Shown: positions 1 through 14,230, counted from the first letter of the stretch. The stretch is 64,000 nucleotides of DNA from Phoronis australis (GCA_002633005.1 NMRA01000159.1:124001-188000), one strand, 5' to 3'. Translations and numbers: made by a program. Notes: generated by a model from the sequence alone, not told the origin.

Positions 1-91
1 CTCTCATCAAGGAGTATCCAGTGTGAAAATACACCCCTCGCTAGCTGTTTTAGTTACAAATTGCCGTGTAGGCGGTACCGTCTGTATATAC

Positions 92-152
92 TTATTGGAT
101 CAATGCTTATTGGACCAATGCTTATTGGACCATTGCTTATTGGACCAATGCT
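92..152. repeat. 15-bp tandem repeat (TTATTGGACCAATGC) x4
   Basis: Visible directly in the sequence. Confidence 0.85.
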
Positions 153-1084
153 TCCAGATAATTGGGGACAAAAATACGCCAGATCCAGAGGACGTGGATG
201 TTTTGTGCGCATTTTCCTCGGGATCTCAAATAAGAACCAGCTAGCTGCGTGCTATTGCATATCGAGTGCATTACAAACTGCACCGGATCGACAACCTTTT
301 CCGCCCATCAGGGTGAAGAAACGAACCACACTGCGACCTTATTACTATCGAAGCCTGTACACTTGTCTGTCTCAAACTGGAGTCTGAATTACTGCAGCTC
401 ACTCATGCGTGATGAAAGCACTTACCTATCGTATGAGAGCCCCCACCATCCTAGATCTGCCCACCCTTGTAGTAGCTACTATCACAACCATTATGACTTG
501 TATGGACCCGACACTTTCAATTCAATCACCCATTTTAAGAGTTATGTAGGACCGTATCGATAAGCCGGTGTATATAGCCAAGTGTCGCATATTTTTTGTT
601 ACTATGTCTAAGCCGTACGTTTATTTCATTATTGGATTTTCGGGTGAAGTAAATCAGGCCCGTAGTCAGCATTGCGCAGGGGGTGGTTCGAATTTCTGGA
701 ACGGTGGACCTTTGCGGATATTTTGCAAAGGTCGACACTGTAGAGTTTTCGGTAAGGCCCTTGACGCAGCTTCACTAGGGGGAAGGAAATCTATATACAC
801 AACGACGACTCTCAGCTTTATGTTCCCAACTGATCAGAAGGAATTCGTAATACAGAAATGAGGATGCCCTGGCGGTTGCTCACAAAGAGCGGGACCCAAA
901 TTCAGATGTAATGTGGTCCAGAAAAAGAATGTCACCGTATTACCCCCTGCCACACTTTCAAACCGGGCGTGCTTGAATGAGTTATATCTCATTACATAGT
1001 CGGTCTGAAATATTTAATCGAAGCATGATCGACTTGAATATTTTGATCTGGTTGTATTTTGCGTGTTACTTAACTTGTTCACAT

Positions 1085-1890
1085 CGCCAGTATTTCAAAA
1101 GTTCACTACTTTGAAGGTTCACTGTTCCGAAGGTTCACTACTCCGAAAATATCTAAAATTTCGGACTTGGGTGTATCAGACATCCCCTTTTACCTGCAGA
1201 AATTAGATGCACTAAGTGGTGTCCCTATGCCCGCATGTCTTTCGAATACGGAAAATGAGTACGTACTTGAATTTTTAAAAGATTAAGAAGTATGAATATT
1301 GATGAATTATCAACCACGATACATTCATCAAATCCATGTAAGGTCTCATCATTTCACAGCGTGACTGAGCTAGTTTAGGGCTGATGCCCCTCAAAACTCA
1401 GAGCCACGCGCATGGTCAGGTCGAAACTAAATGTAGTTACAGTGAGCTACCCTGTCCTTGCCAGTCTTCACAAAGTCGGAGAGTCCCATTCAGTCGTCTT
1501 GAATTTAAAACCACCGCTATTGGTCGCTGAAGTCCTGACCCGATGTTGTCCTTGCTTGAGACTGAATGAGTCGTTAGTTAGATTGAAGATTCACGATTGC
1601 CAATGATTGGAACTGAGCTCGTTTGTAAACAATGTAATCAATGTTTTAAGAACTATTCAACTTTTTTACACCCTTTAAATAGTTACTAAATGGGCACAAA
1701 TACAATACTTTTCTCATGTCAGTTCCGACTCGTTAGCAGACAAGGTAGAGAAATCATGAACTGTCGGAGTTTTGGTTTCGGAATTGTGGACATTCGAAGT
1801 AGAGTGAACTTTCGAAGGTAACGAACCTTCGCAGTAACTTCCGGCGGAATAGTGGACTTTCGGAGTGATGAACATTCGGAATAGTGACAT
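1085..1890. mobile_element. MITE-like element with opposed arrays of ~16-bp subterminal repeats
   Basis: GGTTCACTA(C/G)TCCGAA repeats at 1100-1147; reverse-oriented TTCGGAATAGTG(A/G)AC repeats at ~1780-1890. Confidence 0.5.
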
Positions 1891-2613
1891 GTAACCTTGG
1901 AAATCTTTTCCATTAAGTTTTTTGCTCGTATTTAATTATCATAGGCGTGTACTGAATTTAAAAGAATGGAAACGCACACACGTGTATACGCATGCATGTC
2001 ATCCACCAATCCACAACCAAAGCGGCCAGAAATTTGAAAATGTCTGCACTTTACCGTACTCTGCCACTATCAAAATACCAGATAAACTTACTTTTTGCTA
2101 TTTTGTTTCTTGGTCGATTTTAAGACGTTCACACGGAACTACCTTTTGGGAGCTCTCATTGCTGCTATATACGGTAGCCTATCAAGGTATAGACATTAAC
2201 TTCTAGACTCCCGTGTTACCCTACATGTATGTTGTAGCCACCACACGCGTGCAATGCCGATGAATAACATAAAGCCTCCTCTAATCGTCAGCACGATCCT
2301 ATCATCAAACACCATTCGGGCGAAGTTGACCGGGTACGGCCCGATATGAACTAAATTCAAAATTGTTAGTGACTTAGTTTATGGTTGTAGTTAGTAGTAC
2401 CAGTAACTGCAAGAATTTTGTTGTTGTTGTCTATCTATGTCCCATGTTTAACGGATAGGTCGGGGCTGGACCTTTTCCGTCCCGAACCCCTCTGGCTATG
2501 GTCCTGATTTTTNAACCCCCACCCCCTGGCTATACGGGGGGTAAATGCATTTGAAACCTGAAACTGCAAGACCGTCTCTCACGGTTTTGGGCTGCATCAG
2601 TATCTGGTGTAGC

Positions 2614-2955
2614 CTACCATAGAATCCGCGTACGCACAAGCATCCGAATCATGCGCACGCACCACCTACGAACCAGCATACGAACCCAAGAATCATGCAT
2701 ACGAACCCAAAAATAACGCCACATACGAACACAAATCACACTCACGAGCATCCGAATCATACGCACGAGCATCCGAATCATACGTACGAAAATCCGAATC
2801 ATACGCACGAGCATCCCAATCATACGCACGAGTATCCGAATCATACGCACGAGTATCGGAATCATACGAACGAACCACCAAACGATAAAGTGTTCGTGCC
2901 TGTAATTCGATGTTCGTGAGGTACGATTTTGTGTTCTTATATATGACGCAATCAT
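2614..2955. repeat. 21-bp minisatellite (ATCCGAATCATACGCACGAGC) within a truncated MITE end
   Basis: Several tandem 21-bp units at 2750-2870; the same motif family occurs in 12199-12806. Confidence 0.85.
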
Positions 2956-4191
2956 GGACTTGTTTCCACCCTTTGATGAACACTGGTTCCCACCAAAAGC
3001 GAACACATGGTTTTACCACGTGGCTCTTTGGGGCATTTGCAGTCCAGATCACAAAAATACGGAGATCGAACATGAAAAAGGGCCTGTCGCGTATGAAAAC
3101 ATGTGGTAGTAGACTTCACGACCATCTCAGTGAACATACATTTTTATATGGACCAAGCACGAAGCGGAAGAAATTCATCTTCTTAACGTTATTTACTGAT
3201 ATTTTTCATGTCGTGTTACTTTCTATTGGAAAACATTGAACATATGTGAGTGATACATTGTGTAAAGCGAATGGGACTTAAACACGGATATGTAGCCTCG
3301 TGTAAAGTGAAGATGCTTTCTGGTTCCCAACACAAGACCGCCGGTTAACTCTAGGAAGATTTTGAAACGTTGGCGTAGTTTTCGCAATTACCACCACGTG
3401 TGGTATTAAATAGTTTGTCGGAACATTTACGATAAAAACTCATAATCACCAAACATAAGATTTGGCCTACTGGTACAGCGTGACACAGTTCCAAAGATAC
3501 CTGTTTCAATCGACAAGACATCTGTTTTTCATAAATTACAATGACGTGTTTTGACCTGACCATGGCATTACATGTGGGTCTGGTTAATTGCCTTCAATTT
3601 CACAAACAGTCGTTGAATCCGATCGTTGCATCTGACGTGACCATATACAAACTTTTTGAATAGCGTACTTTTTTAAATAACCAGAGAGGTTAATCACGTT
3701 GGAATAACATTGCAAGCGACAGTAACAGGAAACAATTTATGTTACGCTTTGTATGAGTTGGAAATATTTTAAGTTTTGAATAGTCTATGAGAACTGTTTT
3801 CAGCGTCTTGTTTTTAATTCAAACACTTGAATTATCAAACACAACTTTTACTCCATTGTACAGGAAGGCATTTTGATGTTGTTTAATAACACGTGCTTTC
3901 CAATAACACATCAAAAAAGTTCTTGATGTCGTTCTTGTATAATCGATTTGACGTCACTGGAGCCAAAAATCCACTCTTAATTAGATTGATGGTTTAACGT
4001 GTAGTTCAGAACGGAAGGTGTGACTTTGACTGCCTGTACGAGGTGACGTGGGATATGGACTGATTAAGAGGGAAACAAAAACTAATTAAATAATCAACTT
4101 TTGATCTACTGTAACGAAATTGGTCTAAAATCATTCCTCCGTGAAACTGCATGTGATTTCAGAGGTTGCGATAACTCATTGCTGCTCGTTT

Positions 4192-4424
4192 CACCACCAC
4201 CACCACCACCACAATCACCATCATCATCATCACCATCATCATCAACGTCATCATCATCACCATCATCATCACCATCATCATCACCATCATCATCACCATC
4301 ATCATCATCAACGTCATCATCATCACCGTCATCATCACCATCATCATCACCATCATCATCATCATCATCTCCATCATCATTACCATCACCGTCACGATCA
4401 TCATCACCATCATCATCATCAACG

Positions 4425-4455
<31 letters not shown>

Positions 4456-4510
4456 CACCATCATCATCACCATCACCATCATCATCATCATCATCATCAT
4501 CATCACTGTT

Positions 4511-4548
<38 letters not shown>

Positions 4549-4591
4549 TATCATAGCCATCGTCATCACCATCACCATCATCATCATCATC

Positions 4592-4623
<32 letters not shown>

Positions 4624-4659
4624 CACCATCATCACTACCATCATCATCACCATCATCAT
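4192..4659. repeat. (CAT/CAC)n trinucleotide microsatellite
   Basis: ~470 bp of CAT/CAC/CGT triplets; this generates the spurious poly-H/S/D/M ORFs. Confidence 0.95.
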
Positions 4660-7600
4660 TCAGAAGAGAAGTTTTAAAAACCAATGTAATAATACCCTCA
4701 AAAATAAAGATGAACAATTAATCAATGGCCAGGCCACAGTCAGGACAGAAATCGCCGATTACTATTCCACCATGTACTCGGAATGTCAAGCAGACTTTGC
4801 ATGTATGTAAAGCGTATGACAAGATCAAATGGAGTTTCATTTGTCGAGCACTAAAAACCTGAAATTTGGACCCGTTTTCACAATGGGAGTGAAGATAATT
4901 TATTGCAAAACATCAGCCTGTGTTGTCAATAATTGCTTCGCTCCAAATTATTTTCCCATTGAAAAATGTATAAGGCAAGGTTATTCCTTGTCAGAACCTT
5001 TGTTTTGCTTGGGAGTTGAAGTTATAGAAAATCACGAAATTGAAAATTAAGTAAGGCACTAGTGTTGAGAAAACTGAAATACTGCAACATTCCGATGACA
5101 CCACTTCACTTGGGTTGTTTTACGGTCTACAGTTAAACCTAAAAAATGTGAAGGGTTGTATCTAGATAGCGAGGAAGGATGTCCTAATCTGTTGTATGGA
5201 TTTAAGTGGACTGGCAAACCAGTCATAAGTCTGGGAATATTCTTCAGCCACAACGAACAAGAAAATTTCTCTTTAATTTTTAAACTTAAAAATTTTAATT
5301 CAAAAATCAAGAATCTTAAAATGACACTTGATATATGGAACAGTCGCAGTGTTACCATATAGGAGCAGAATAAATGTACTTAAAACCTTTGCGCCATCCG
5401 AAATTATATAGTTTGTCATGAGTAACTTGGTTGTAAATAGCCCAAGTAGGGTAAAAGCTAATATTATAAGAAATTTGTTTGGCATTTGTTTGTGAATAAC
5501 CATGGAAATGGTGGATTGGCAATATTACGGACATTAAAGGAGAATGCTACTCAAAAAACCACCCATTTTGTATCAATTTAGGTCGAGTAGTTCTACTCGA
5601 TAACGATACGTTCGGTTGCGTTACCTGACACCTGACGGCAGACGGAGGTGTTGAAATTATCCAATGACGTAATTGGTTTCACAATCAGTCTGTTTAGCAG
5701 TTCACAACACGGGTTACTGGTGACAGGTTATCGCTTGAATTCATCGTTTAACACCAATAAATAATCAAACTTCGATGTAAAACCCTTACAAATACACCGA
5801 GTTCTTATAAAAACGTGTTGTTTTATTTCGCTGCTACGAATTTACTGGTATTTGGACACACCGTAGCCTACGGAGATAAATTCGAAGTATTCTCCCGTGA
5901 AATACAAACAGGAGAACCTAGAACTGTGTTGTTTAGCCAAAGAAATAATGGGAATTAGCCACGAAACTGAAAATCTACTTACTTGTCGGGGGCCGCGAAG
6001 TCGGGTTCCCCTTCCACAGAGGGCCGTCAGGGCAAAGGTTGTACAGTAACAATGATTTGAATAATGTATTTGTATTTCTGAATAAAGATTCCCCTAACAT
6101 GTGACCATAGATATAAAATCGAGTAATTGTTTCACAACATCTTTCTGTCAGTAGCAAACACTGTAGCATGCGCTCACACGGCCTCGGTGCCCGGTCAATT
6201 ACCTTTATTGCCGGCACCAAAAGCCGGTAAAGTAGTGGTTTATTCATTACTGGCTTCTAAGCATTTGCACTCACGAATACTGCAAATGAAGGCATTACAA
6301 ATTGTATCTAATGAGACAGACTTTGTTTCAGTTTTATACAAGCATTGGTTAGGATGAGAATAATTTATTTTGAAACAGAACGCAGAATAATAAAAGTCTA
6401 CATGGCAACTTGCCCGGCGCCAATTCCGACATAGTTAGTCAAGAGCCCATCCGACGAAGACTTCACGGATCTTATCGTTAGGTTTCACAGGCCATCAATT
6501 CGAACCGGAATACACTGATCAAGAAATACTAGAGAGGCGCCGTGAACATGCACAGGCAACGGAGCGTATGGATAGTTCTTTGGTAAGCCGGAATTCGCCA
6601 GAGACATCACTGTCGACGAAATGCCGGCCACAGACACGGAGATGTTTCACGGCCTCATACTTGCTATTAACAGCGTACCTTTCATTTTTCACTACCGCGA
6701 GCCACTTCCTAAGCATTTTTGGCTCTCGAGGAAGTCGAAAAACGATATACACGCTTTCTTCGCAGCTTCATAGTTCAGACAAGAGGGAACGATGCACCGC
6801 GATATAGTGGCATTCATTCTGCAGACGAACCAATGACGTCGCTGCGTCGTTTCTCACCTTCCTCACAGGTTAACGCGACACCTCTAGGGAAGGTGAGGTC
6901 CTCCGTATAAGAGGCGATGTGTATATAGACCGATTAAGACGGTAAAAAAGACTAATTAAATCGGGTGGCATTCTCCTTTACTGATATTTATTAGTGAGAT
7001 AAGTTAAGCATTTACAGGATGGGAACAACACAAAATGAGAAGCCTTTCTCAATTACATTTGCAAAAAGTTGGGGTATTTTTCATCTTCAAATGAAACTAA
7101 TTATAAATTATTAATCTTTAGAAAATCACAAAACCTTCTACCATGATATCCAAATGCATCAATTGTAAACCAGGCGATTTGGAACAACGAGGACATATTA
7201 ATTAATTGAAGAATTGTATTTTTTAGTTGTTTCTATGAGGCAGGAATTATTTTTGTAAAAGACCTTTTGGATTTTGAAAGTAAACCTGTGTCTTGGGAAG
7301 ACCTGAAGGAACAATACAAGTTACCAAATTGGACATGTTATTTTGCCTTGAGACGAGCGATGAAATTGCAGGCTCAAAATGTAGTTACTTCCAAATCAAA
7401 TTGTATGAAATCTTTCAAATAAAATCAGTTTGATACTCAGTATACGAAATAGTGTTATGCATCGTAAAATTGCCTCACCTCCTGACGTAAAATACAATTT
7501 GATTGATTGTTAGACTTCCAGACAGCAAATCAAGTAAATCTATGTTCTTCCATATAAACTATTATTACTCCCTTATGTGAGAACATTTAAATATTATTGT

Positions 7601-8169
7601 AATTGTAGAAAGGTTTTTACCAAATTTATATAAATAAATGAAAACAGTGAAGACACTTGTACATCTTGTGAACCTGTTGAAACCTTTAACCACATGTTTA
7701 TTGAAGGTACAACAGTTATATCCTAGTGGCATGACGTTCAAAGGTTAATAACCAACATAGATACACAACATAATTTAAACTCATGCGCGAATGTGATATT
7801 GACAGCTTGTTTTTAGGTCATTTTTAGGAGGTCAGTAGTATAATAGTATGATAATGTTTTATTTATCAGTATGATGAAGATCAAGGTACTCCCACCTACA
7901 TAGCATTTAAATATTACTTTTGTTACTATATTGCAATAAGAAATAGTCTCCTTTGGAGAAATGTGAAACCCCGTAATTTAATTTTGACTCGTGGAAAAGC
8001 CCTAAACAATTATTTGAAGCAGTAGCAACGAGTCAAATCGTGTTTACCTACTATTTTGAAGAATGGATGTGTGCGTGCGTGTGTGTGTGTGTGCACGTGT
8101 GTACATGTGTGTGCACTTCTGTTGTTTCACTGATGTAATTGTTTATTTTCAAGAGTACATGTTAAAAAA
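4660..8169 (+). mobile_element. 5'-truncated, degenerate L1/Tx1-clade LINE (ORF2 remnant), interrupted by a Kolobok-like insertion
   Basis: Frameshifted ORF2 motifs: LKNKDEQLINGQATVRTEIAD (~4697), KAYDKIKW...FGP...IRQGYSLSEPLF (4810-5010), QHSDDT as a degenerate YADD (~5085), and C-terminal CTSCEPVETFNHMF (~7657). It ends with a GT-rich 3' UTR and a short A tract (~8163-8169). Confidence 0.75.
5538..6977 (-). mobile_element. Kolobok-like DNA transposon (non-autonomous) with THAP zinc-finger remnant, copy 1
   Basis: TTAA|AGGAGAATGCTAC...GTGGCATTCTCCT|TTAC, i.e. AG...CT termini with a TTAA target (right side degenerate). The minus strand encodes RCIVPSC...FRLPREPKMLRKWL...LRVCGRHFVDSD, a THAP C2CH motif with a frameshift. 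A homologous copy is at 62220-63899. Confidence 0.8.
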
Positions 8170-8290
8170 TTATCATTAATAACCACCCTCATCATCATGA
8201 TCACTAACATCATCGCCATCATCTTGATCATCATCATTACCGTCATCATCACCATCATTATCACCATCATCTTGATCATCATCATTACCG

Positions 8291-8335
<45 letters not shown>

Positions 8336-8550
8336 CCATCTTCTTCATTATCATAATCATCTTGATCATCACCATCACCATCATCATCATCTTCATCACC
8401 ATCATCGTCACCATTATCATCATCACCACCGTCATCATCATCATGATCACAGTCACCACCATCATCATCATCTTGTTTACCATCATCATCAGTCACCATC
8501 ATCATCGCCATCATCTCCATCATCTTCACTATCATCATCATCATCATCAC
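8170..8550. repeat. Degenerate (CAT)n microsatellite
   Basis: CAT-rich triplets with CTT/CAC/GAT variants. Confidence 0.95.
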
Positions 8551-11500
8551 CAAAAAGTTCCCATGAATGTTTTACCGTGGTGGGGAGGAGGGAGTTTTCT
8601 AAAATCCTTGGTAATGTTCGCTTGCGAATAAAAACGGCACCGAATCCATCATCAACTTCGATTTGACTCTCTCCTTTTTCACAAAAGTTTTAAATTCAGC
8701 TGACGCAGTGCTTCAGATTTGTGGCGTCACGTGGAAAAAATTGTTATTTTAGCCACGAAACAAATTGGGAAAGCGTCGACATCTGGCAATATTCTCTGAC
8801 AATGGGTGTTATTTCATAATTTAAATACAAACAGATTCGCGCATCACGCCTAAGTGATCAAGAAAAAACAGTTGACAGCAGCGGGTTGACATATAAAAAG
8901 GTTAAATAACGTCTGTGAATATTTCTCACGCTTTCTCAAACTGAGCTACATGTGTCTAGTCCGTGCAACAAGCGTCAAGGTAAGGTCTGAAATAAGTTTT
9001 AGTCACCCAACTACCCTTTATGGCGTAGTTATTAATACGAAAACGAAAAAATTATTGAAAAACTGAGGTCTTCTATTGAACTATTCGTATCCATAGGTAA
9101 TTACAGGAATGTCGATTTAAATATTTATTGAAAACGTTTGAGACATTCGTAATCTAATTCAGTAACCAAAGATTAAGACATCAAAGTTGGAGTTTCGAGC
9201 AACAGGTGCTAGAAAGTGTCTTGTACGGTCTACGAATAGTTAAAGAGAAGATTCGCTTTTGACAACACTAAACAATCAGTGCAGCCGGCAAGCGTACGTA
9301 ATGCGGGGCGTCATTTACTCGTTTTATGGTCGACCAATTCACGTACGACAGAAATGAATGGAGCTCCGATCGGAAAAGAAGGCGCACGTAGTCGGTAAAA
9401 GGTCATACTACACTATGAGCATACATAGGATAAGGTTGCGCAATAGGAAAAAGGAAAAGACACTCGAAAAATACAAAATACAAAAAGTGTGATGCGCATG
9501 CACTGGGAATATGTGCGATCAAAAGTACCAGGCTATAGGTAATGTATGTTAGTACGGCACAAAATGGCTGCGGCTGTTCATGTTGGCGACAAATTGCAAG
9601 AGTCATTCGCGAGAACTCGGGGCAAACTCTCGCGGGTTCTCAATATCTCGCGTGACTGAGTCGCAGGATTTCCGTCTCGTATCGCTGCACTTTGTATCAT
9701 TTTTCAAACCGGTTACTTTTATAATTGAACAGTTATAGGTCTAAGTTTTTAGCTCGTCTCAAACCCTTCCCAACTTATTTATTCTGCTTATCGGAAAGAA
9801 TGAGAAACACAAGGCGACTTTATGAAACGTTGTTGGCGTGTAGAAAGGATGCCGTGATAAAAAGATGTAGCCGAACAGTCGTGATACAAGAGCTAGTAAG
9901 AGTCGCGATAAGTTCTGAATGTGTCACGCAGATGTCACACGGCACTCGCGTAACATGTGCACGGGCAAAATCCAGCTTGCAAAGTAGGCCGGGGTTCTTG
10001 GATCGTATTTTCGCGGTTATTGCTTCAATTCCCTTTCATTTGTGTGTTTCACTCATTAGCACCCCTTTCAAATACAATTTTATTGCCGATCAGATAGTGT
10101 TCAAAAACGATTTATCTTTGTTCTCATCACTTAGTTTAAGTACAGATTACTGGACCGCAACAAAAGTACTTTTACATAACCAGCATTTTTGACGACCAAA
10201 AGATGTCGTACCAATGAAACAACCATTTCCATTGTTAGAGGATACTTTCCCAGGTTCGTCTTAATGTTAGGGCGTAGTTGGCCTTTGATGATGAGTAATT
10301 TCCAAGGCTTACTGGGAGTTAGCTGCACCTAGTGTGGACAGCTGTCCTCTGGATTGCGTTCCGTATATTCAAGCCATAATAGCGAGAAAATTTCGCTTAT
10401 GCAACTAAAACAGCAAATTCTATCCCAATATTCGTGAATTCTCTCCCATAATTAGAAAGCATATGCGATAATTCTGATTCCAACTTCATCGACCAGTGGT
10501 CGCCATATTGCTAGGTCTACTACACTAGTCAGTAACACTCGCCTTCCGCATGCGTGCTTTTACGTGATCTTGCGTGATCTCGTTTTTTGTGACAAATGTG
10601 GTACACGGAACGCTCCTCAGTTGATTCTTTGCCAACGTGGTAGGTTTTAGTGTGCAATCGCGAGGTCACGGGTTCCCATAAGCTTGTAATCTCAATTCAA
10701 AAACTCCGTCGGAAAAATTTTCCCATTTAGGCCGGAAGATCTTGAGGAATCTGATCCCCAGGACTGGAGTTTGGTCACCATGTATAGGCTTAGAGCATTT
10801 TCGACGTAGGTGAAAAGTTTTGAGATCTATGGATTTGTACCGCTGGATTGGCGCCTGCTGGTCCGAGGCTGGCGTAGACTGAGGATCGAAGAAGGAATTT
10901 AGACGCGCGCCCATAATGTCTAGATCCACTCCTTATAGATTGTATTCTTGATCAGCACAAAAGAATCCGGTGTAGCGGCAATAAGGCCAAGCCAACACCA
11001 CACCTCTCGAACAGGACTAAATATAAGAAGTGGAGCCAATGTTCTAGTTGAAACTATGAACACCTTAACATGTGTAATTTGGATCGTGAACTAGCTTTAT
11101 TAAAAGGCAAACAAAAAGGACTGCACTTCAAAATATGAACAAACGACTTTCTAACAAGATGGCGTTATATTAACTTTAATGTAACTACCTAAAAACTTAG
11201 GAATCTTGAATCATGTCGAATGTAATTTGAAGCAAGCTCTCCAGTGCTTTGAGGCTTAAAATGAGTTCTTAAATAAAAACGAAATCTTTTCAAGAGATAA
11301 AAATGTTTACACTTTTTACCTGTTCGTTCAAAATACCTGCCTTGTTTTATTAGGAAATGTTCACTTTCACTTTGAAAATAATCAACAGCCTACTTGACCT
11401 TTAACCGCGGCTTGGGATGCAGGTAGCGACACTCGGTGGTTAGCGCGATTATTCATAAAGCTGTGAAACATATCACGAATCCTCATTGTTGGGTGATGAC

Positions 11501-12198
11501 CGAAACGAAACAGAAGGAGTTCATAATAGTAAATCCGATAATGTTTTTCCAGTGAACCCTACCAGCTGAAGGCGATGACAGTTATCAAGCTTTCGACGGT
11601 GCTAGTGCTATGTTTAGGCTCAGCCAGCGTAAGTATGAACGTTGCTGCTGGTCGAATGAAATTTTTAAAACGGTTATAAACCTAAGTTCCGTAAAGATGC
11701 AAATTTTGATTTAGATAAAATTTTGGATATGAAATTGGTCTCAGCTTGATCTTTACTGTGATGCGAAGTAATTTCTGGGCACAAAATCACATGTCGTGAC
11801 AAGTCAACTTACTTTAAGCAATAACGAACTGTCATGTTTTCGAAGCTCTGATGTCACCAATGGTTTGACTAAGGAATTTTTGAGACTAATTTCATAAGGG
11901 TAATTTATCTCTAAGTCAAAAGTTATTTTTTGGTACAGGGCAGGCTCATTTCCGAAAAACACTTGTAGTAGTAACTGATGTACGCGAAAAAATCGCGTGC
12001 GACACGTGATAGCTCGCGAATATTTTGGCTCGTGCTTTCACGCACGCACTCATTAATTACACTCACTTTATTACATATATTTTACTTGGAAAGTGTACAC
12101 TTTGATAGACCTGCTGCAAATTTAGGAATTCTTCATTGACGTTAACAGATATTCGTACACTTTAGCCATTTTCATAACATTCATCGTAAAGGCGTTTT

Positions 12199-12806
12199 CA
12201 GGGGGTACTATAGAATCATACACACCAACATTGCATCTTACACAAGAACCACCTACGAACACATGAATCATGATTATGAAACCAAAAATCACGCATACGA
12301 ACAAAATCATACGCACGAACCACACTGAAAATTATACATACGAGCATCGAATCACACACACACGAATGGATGTTCGTGCGTATGCCTTTGTGTTCGTATG
12401 TATGATTTTTGTGGTTCGTGCTCATGATTTCTGTTCGTATTCTTGTTGTCTTCGTTTGTATTACATGGGCGCACCCGGGGGAGGGGGGGGGGGGTTCGAA
12501 GGAGCCCCCAATTTGACGAATTGGGCAAAAAAGTCCAAGTAAACAACACAAAAGTCCACAAAAAATACAGGAAATCAGCGCAGATGCACAATTTGTAGAC
12601 CGAACCTAGTGGTCCCGTTTTTTTTAGTCCTCGTCGATTTTGTTCAGTGAAAGGTCCCATAACGAAAAAATCGAGCCCCTTATACTTTAGGCTGGGTGCG
12701 CGCATGCATTACAGGATTCATGGGTTCGTATGCTTCATTTAACAGGTTCGGAGGTGGTTCGTGCGGAAGATGCGATGCTCGTGCGTATGATTCCATGGTG
12801 CCCCTG
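12199..12806. mobile_element. MITE with CAGGGGTAC(C/T)AT(A/G)GAATCATA terminal inverted repeats, subterminal tandem repeats and 5-bp TSD
   Basis: GTTTT|CAGGGGGTACTATAGAATCATA...TATGATTCCATGGTGCCCCTG|GTTTT. Related fragments are at 2614-2955 and ~16600-16746. Confidence 0.7.
12464..12706. mobile_element. G-tract MITE (CATGCGCGCACCCAG termini), nested in the 12199-12806 MITE
   Basis: CATGGGCGCACCC...GGGTGCGCGCATG, flanked by TATTA/CATTA. Sibling copies are at 17857-18115 and 21392-21631. Confidence 0.72.
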
Positions 12807-14164
12807 GTTTTTAACGGCAGTATATTTACAGTACTCTTGTGGCGTAAAGCGAACATTGATTTACTCAGTAATACTCGTGTTAATTGTAAATCATAAGATC
12901 ATCCACCACGGCGTCTGAATGAAAAGTGTAAAACAGGAGCGTAACTAGATATTTTGGACCGGAGTAACTATATTCCATGTCAATTATACTTTGCTATAAG
13001 TTGCTCGATCTTCCACACCACGTCATAAATTTCGTTGTCTTCCTGGACTTGCGACCGATTTGATCGATCGTAAGTCTGACATACACGATGGCGACAAAAC
13101 ATTTAGGATCTTTACTGAAACTTCAGATTAAGGAAAAAATCATAACTTTTAGTTGTAGTAAAACAATGAGGGGCAAGTTAAAAAGGTCGCTATATTACGA
13201 CTTTTATTGAAACTGGTCTCTGACTAAATTTAACACGCTCGTGACGTAAATATGTGTGCCAATAAAAGAGCATCGTCTGTCATTCTTCAGAGGGTGAGGT
13301 TGATTGTATGTTGTCATTTGCGTATTCATAGTAAACAGGTGAGAACTAAGGATTGCCCGTGCCTTCTATAACGGAGGTCTGTAACGTTCAGGGAAATTAG
13401 GGCCACATTTTGCACAGGAATAGGAAAGAGGGCAAAAATCACAAGTTTGAAGTGTTCAGCAATTCACAATTGAATGAACAATTTTAAAGGCAAATACCCT
13501 TCCTATGATGGTTTAAAATTTTCCTGATCTCAGTAACCTGCCATCGCTTGCAGTAGATAGGAAATACTCCAGTCTTGAAATTATTAACCTATCCCCCAAA
13601 AATGAGGGCGTGAACGGAGAAAATGTCTATTTTAGCGTGAAAACCTCAAGTTAAAAAAATTGACATTTTTTAGTATCACCGCGCAATTATTATTGATTAC
13701 TGTATCACAACATCTCTTAATGCCCTTTTTATAGCCTGTCTATCCTAAGATTCTTCTGTCAAAAAACGTCATATATCATAATTTGACTTTTGATGCTGAA
13801 AACGTAATTTTCTTGAAGCATTGGGCTTATCATGGGTAACCTAGGTAACGAGTGGAGATACCGCTGAATCGGAACTATTTTGCAGTCACCATCAGAGTCA
13901 TTCTGAATGATCCCAGGCAACAATTGATATGACGTGACGCGACTTACTGACGTGAATTTCACTGGAAACTGTTCCCGGGTCAAAAGCTATTTACTAGTGG
14001 TCGTGGACGGCACAATAATCACGAGGGAGTTTTGGATGCTACCCGCGGACCGTTAGGTTGCCGAACCCTCAGTGATATGGCAAATGAACGACAGGGTGTT
14101 CCGAAAGCACTACTTCCATACTCGTGTCGTATTTAAGACCCGAGGCGAAAGCTGTGAGTCTGAG

Positions 14165-14230
14165 GTGTCGTGTTGCTGTGTGCCGCGCTGCACGAACTCT
14201 TCAAAACAAAAGTCGCACATTTTTTTCAGT
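14165..14230 (+). pseudogene. THAP-domain N-terminal remnant (transposon-derived)
   Basis: SCCCVPRCTNSSKQKSHIFF resembles the CxVxxCxN...FF start of THAP domains; the downstream part is not readable. Confidence 0.35.

Noticed and set aside
2614-3073. HTHEHPN-repeat ORF / CRISPR-like periodicity
   Set aside because: A 21-bp tandem minisatellite without unique spacers; it belongs to a dispersed MITE family, and the context is eukaryotic with no cas genes.
4101-4717. Poly-His, poly-Asp, poly-Ser and poly-Met ORFs (also 8127-8631)
   Set aside because: Artefacts of (CAT)n microsatellites, which are open in several frames on both strands.
10666-10929. Possible DIRS/LTR RT-RNase H remnant
   Set aside because: Only vague resemblance; no diagnostic motif.
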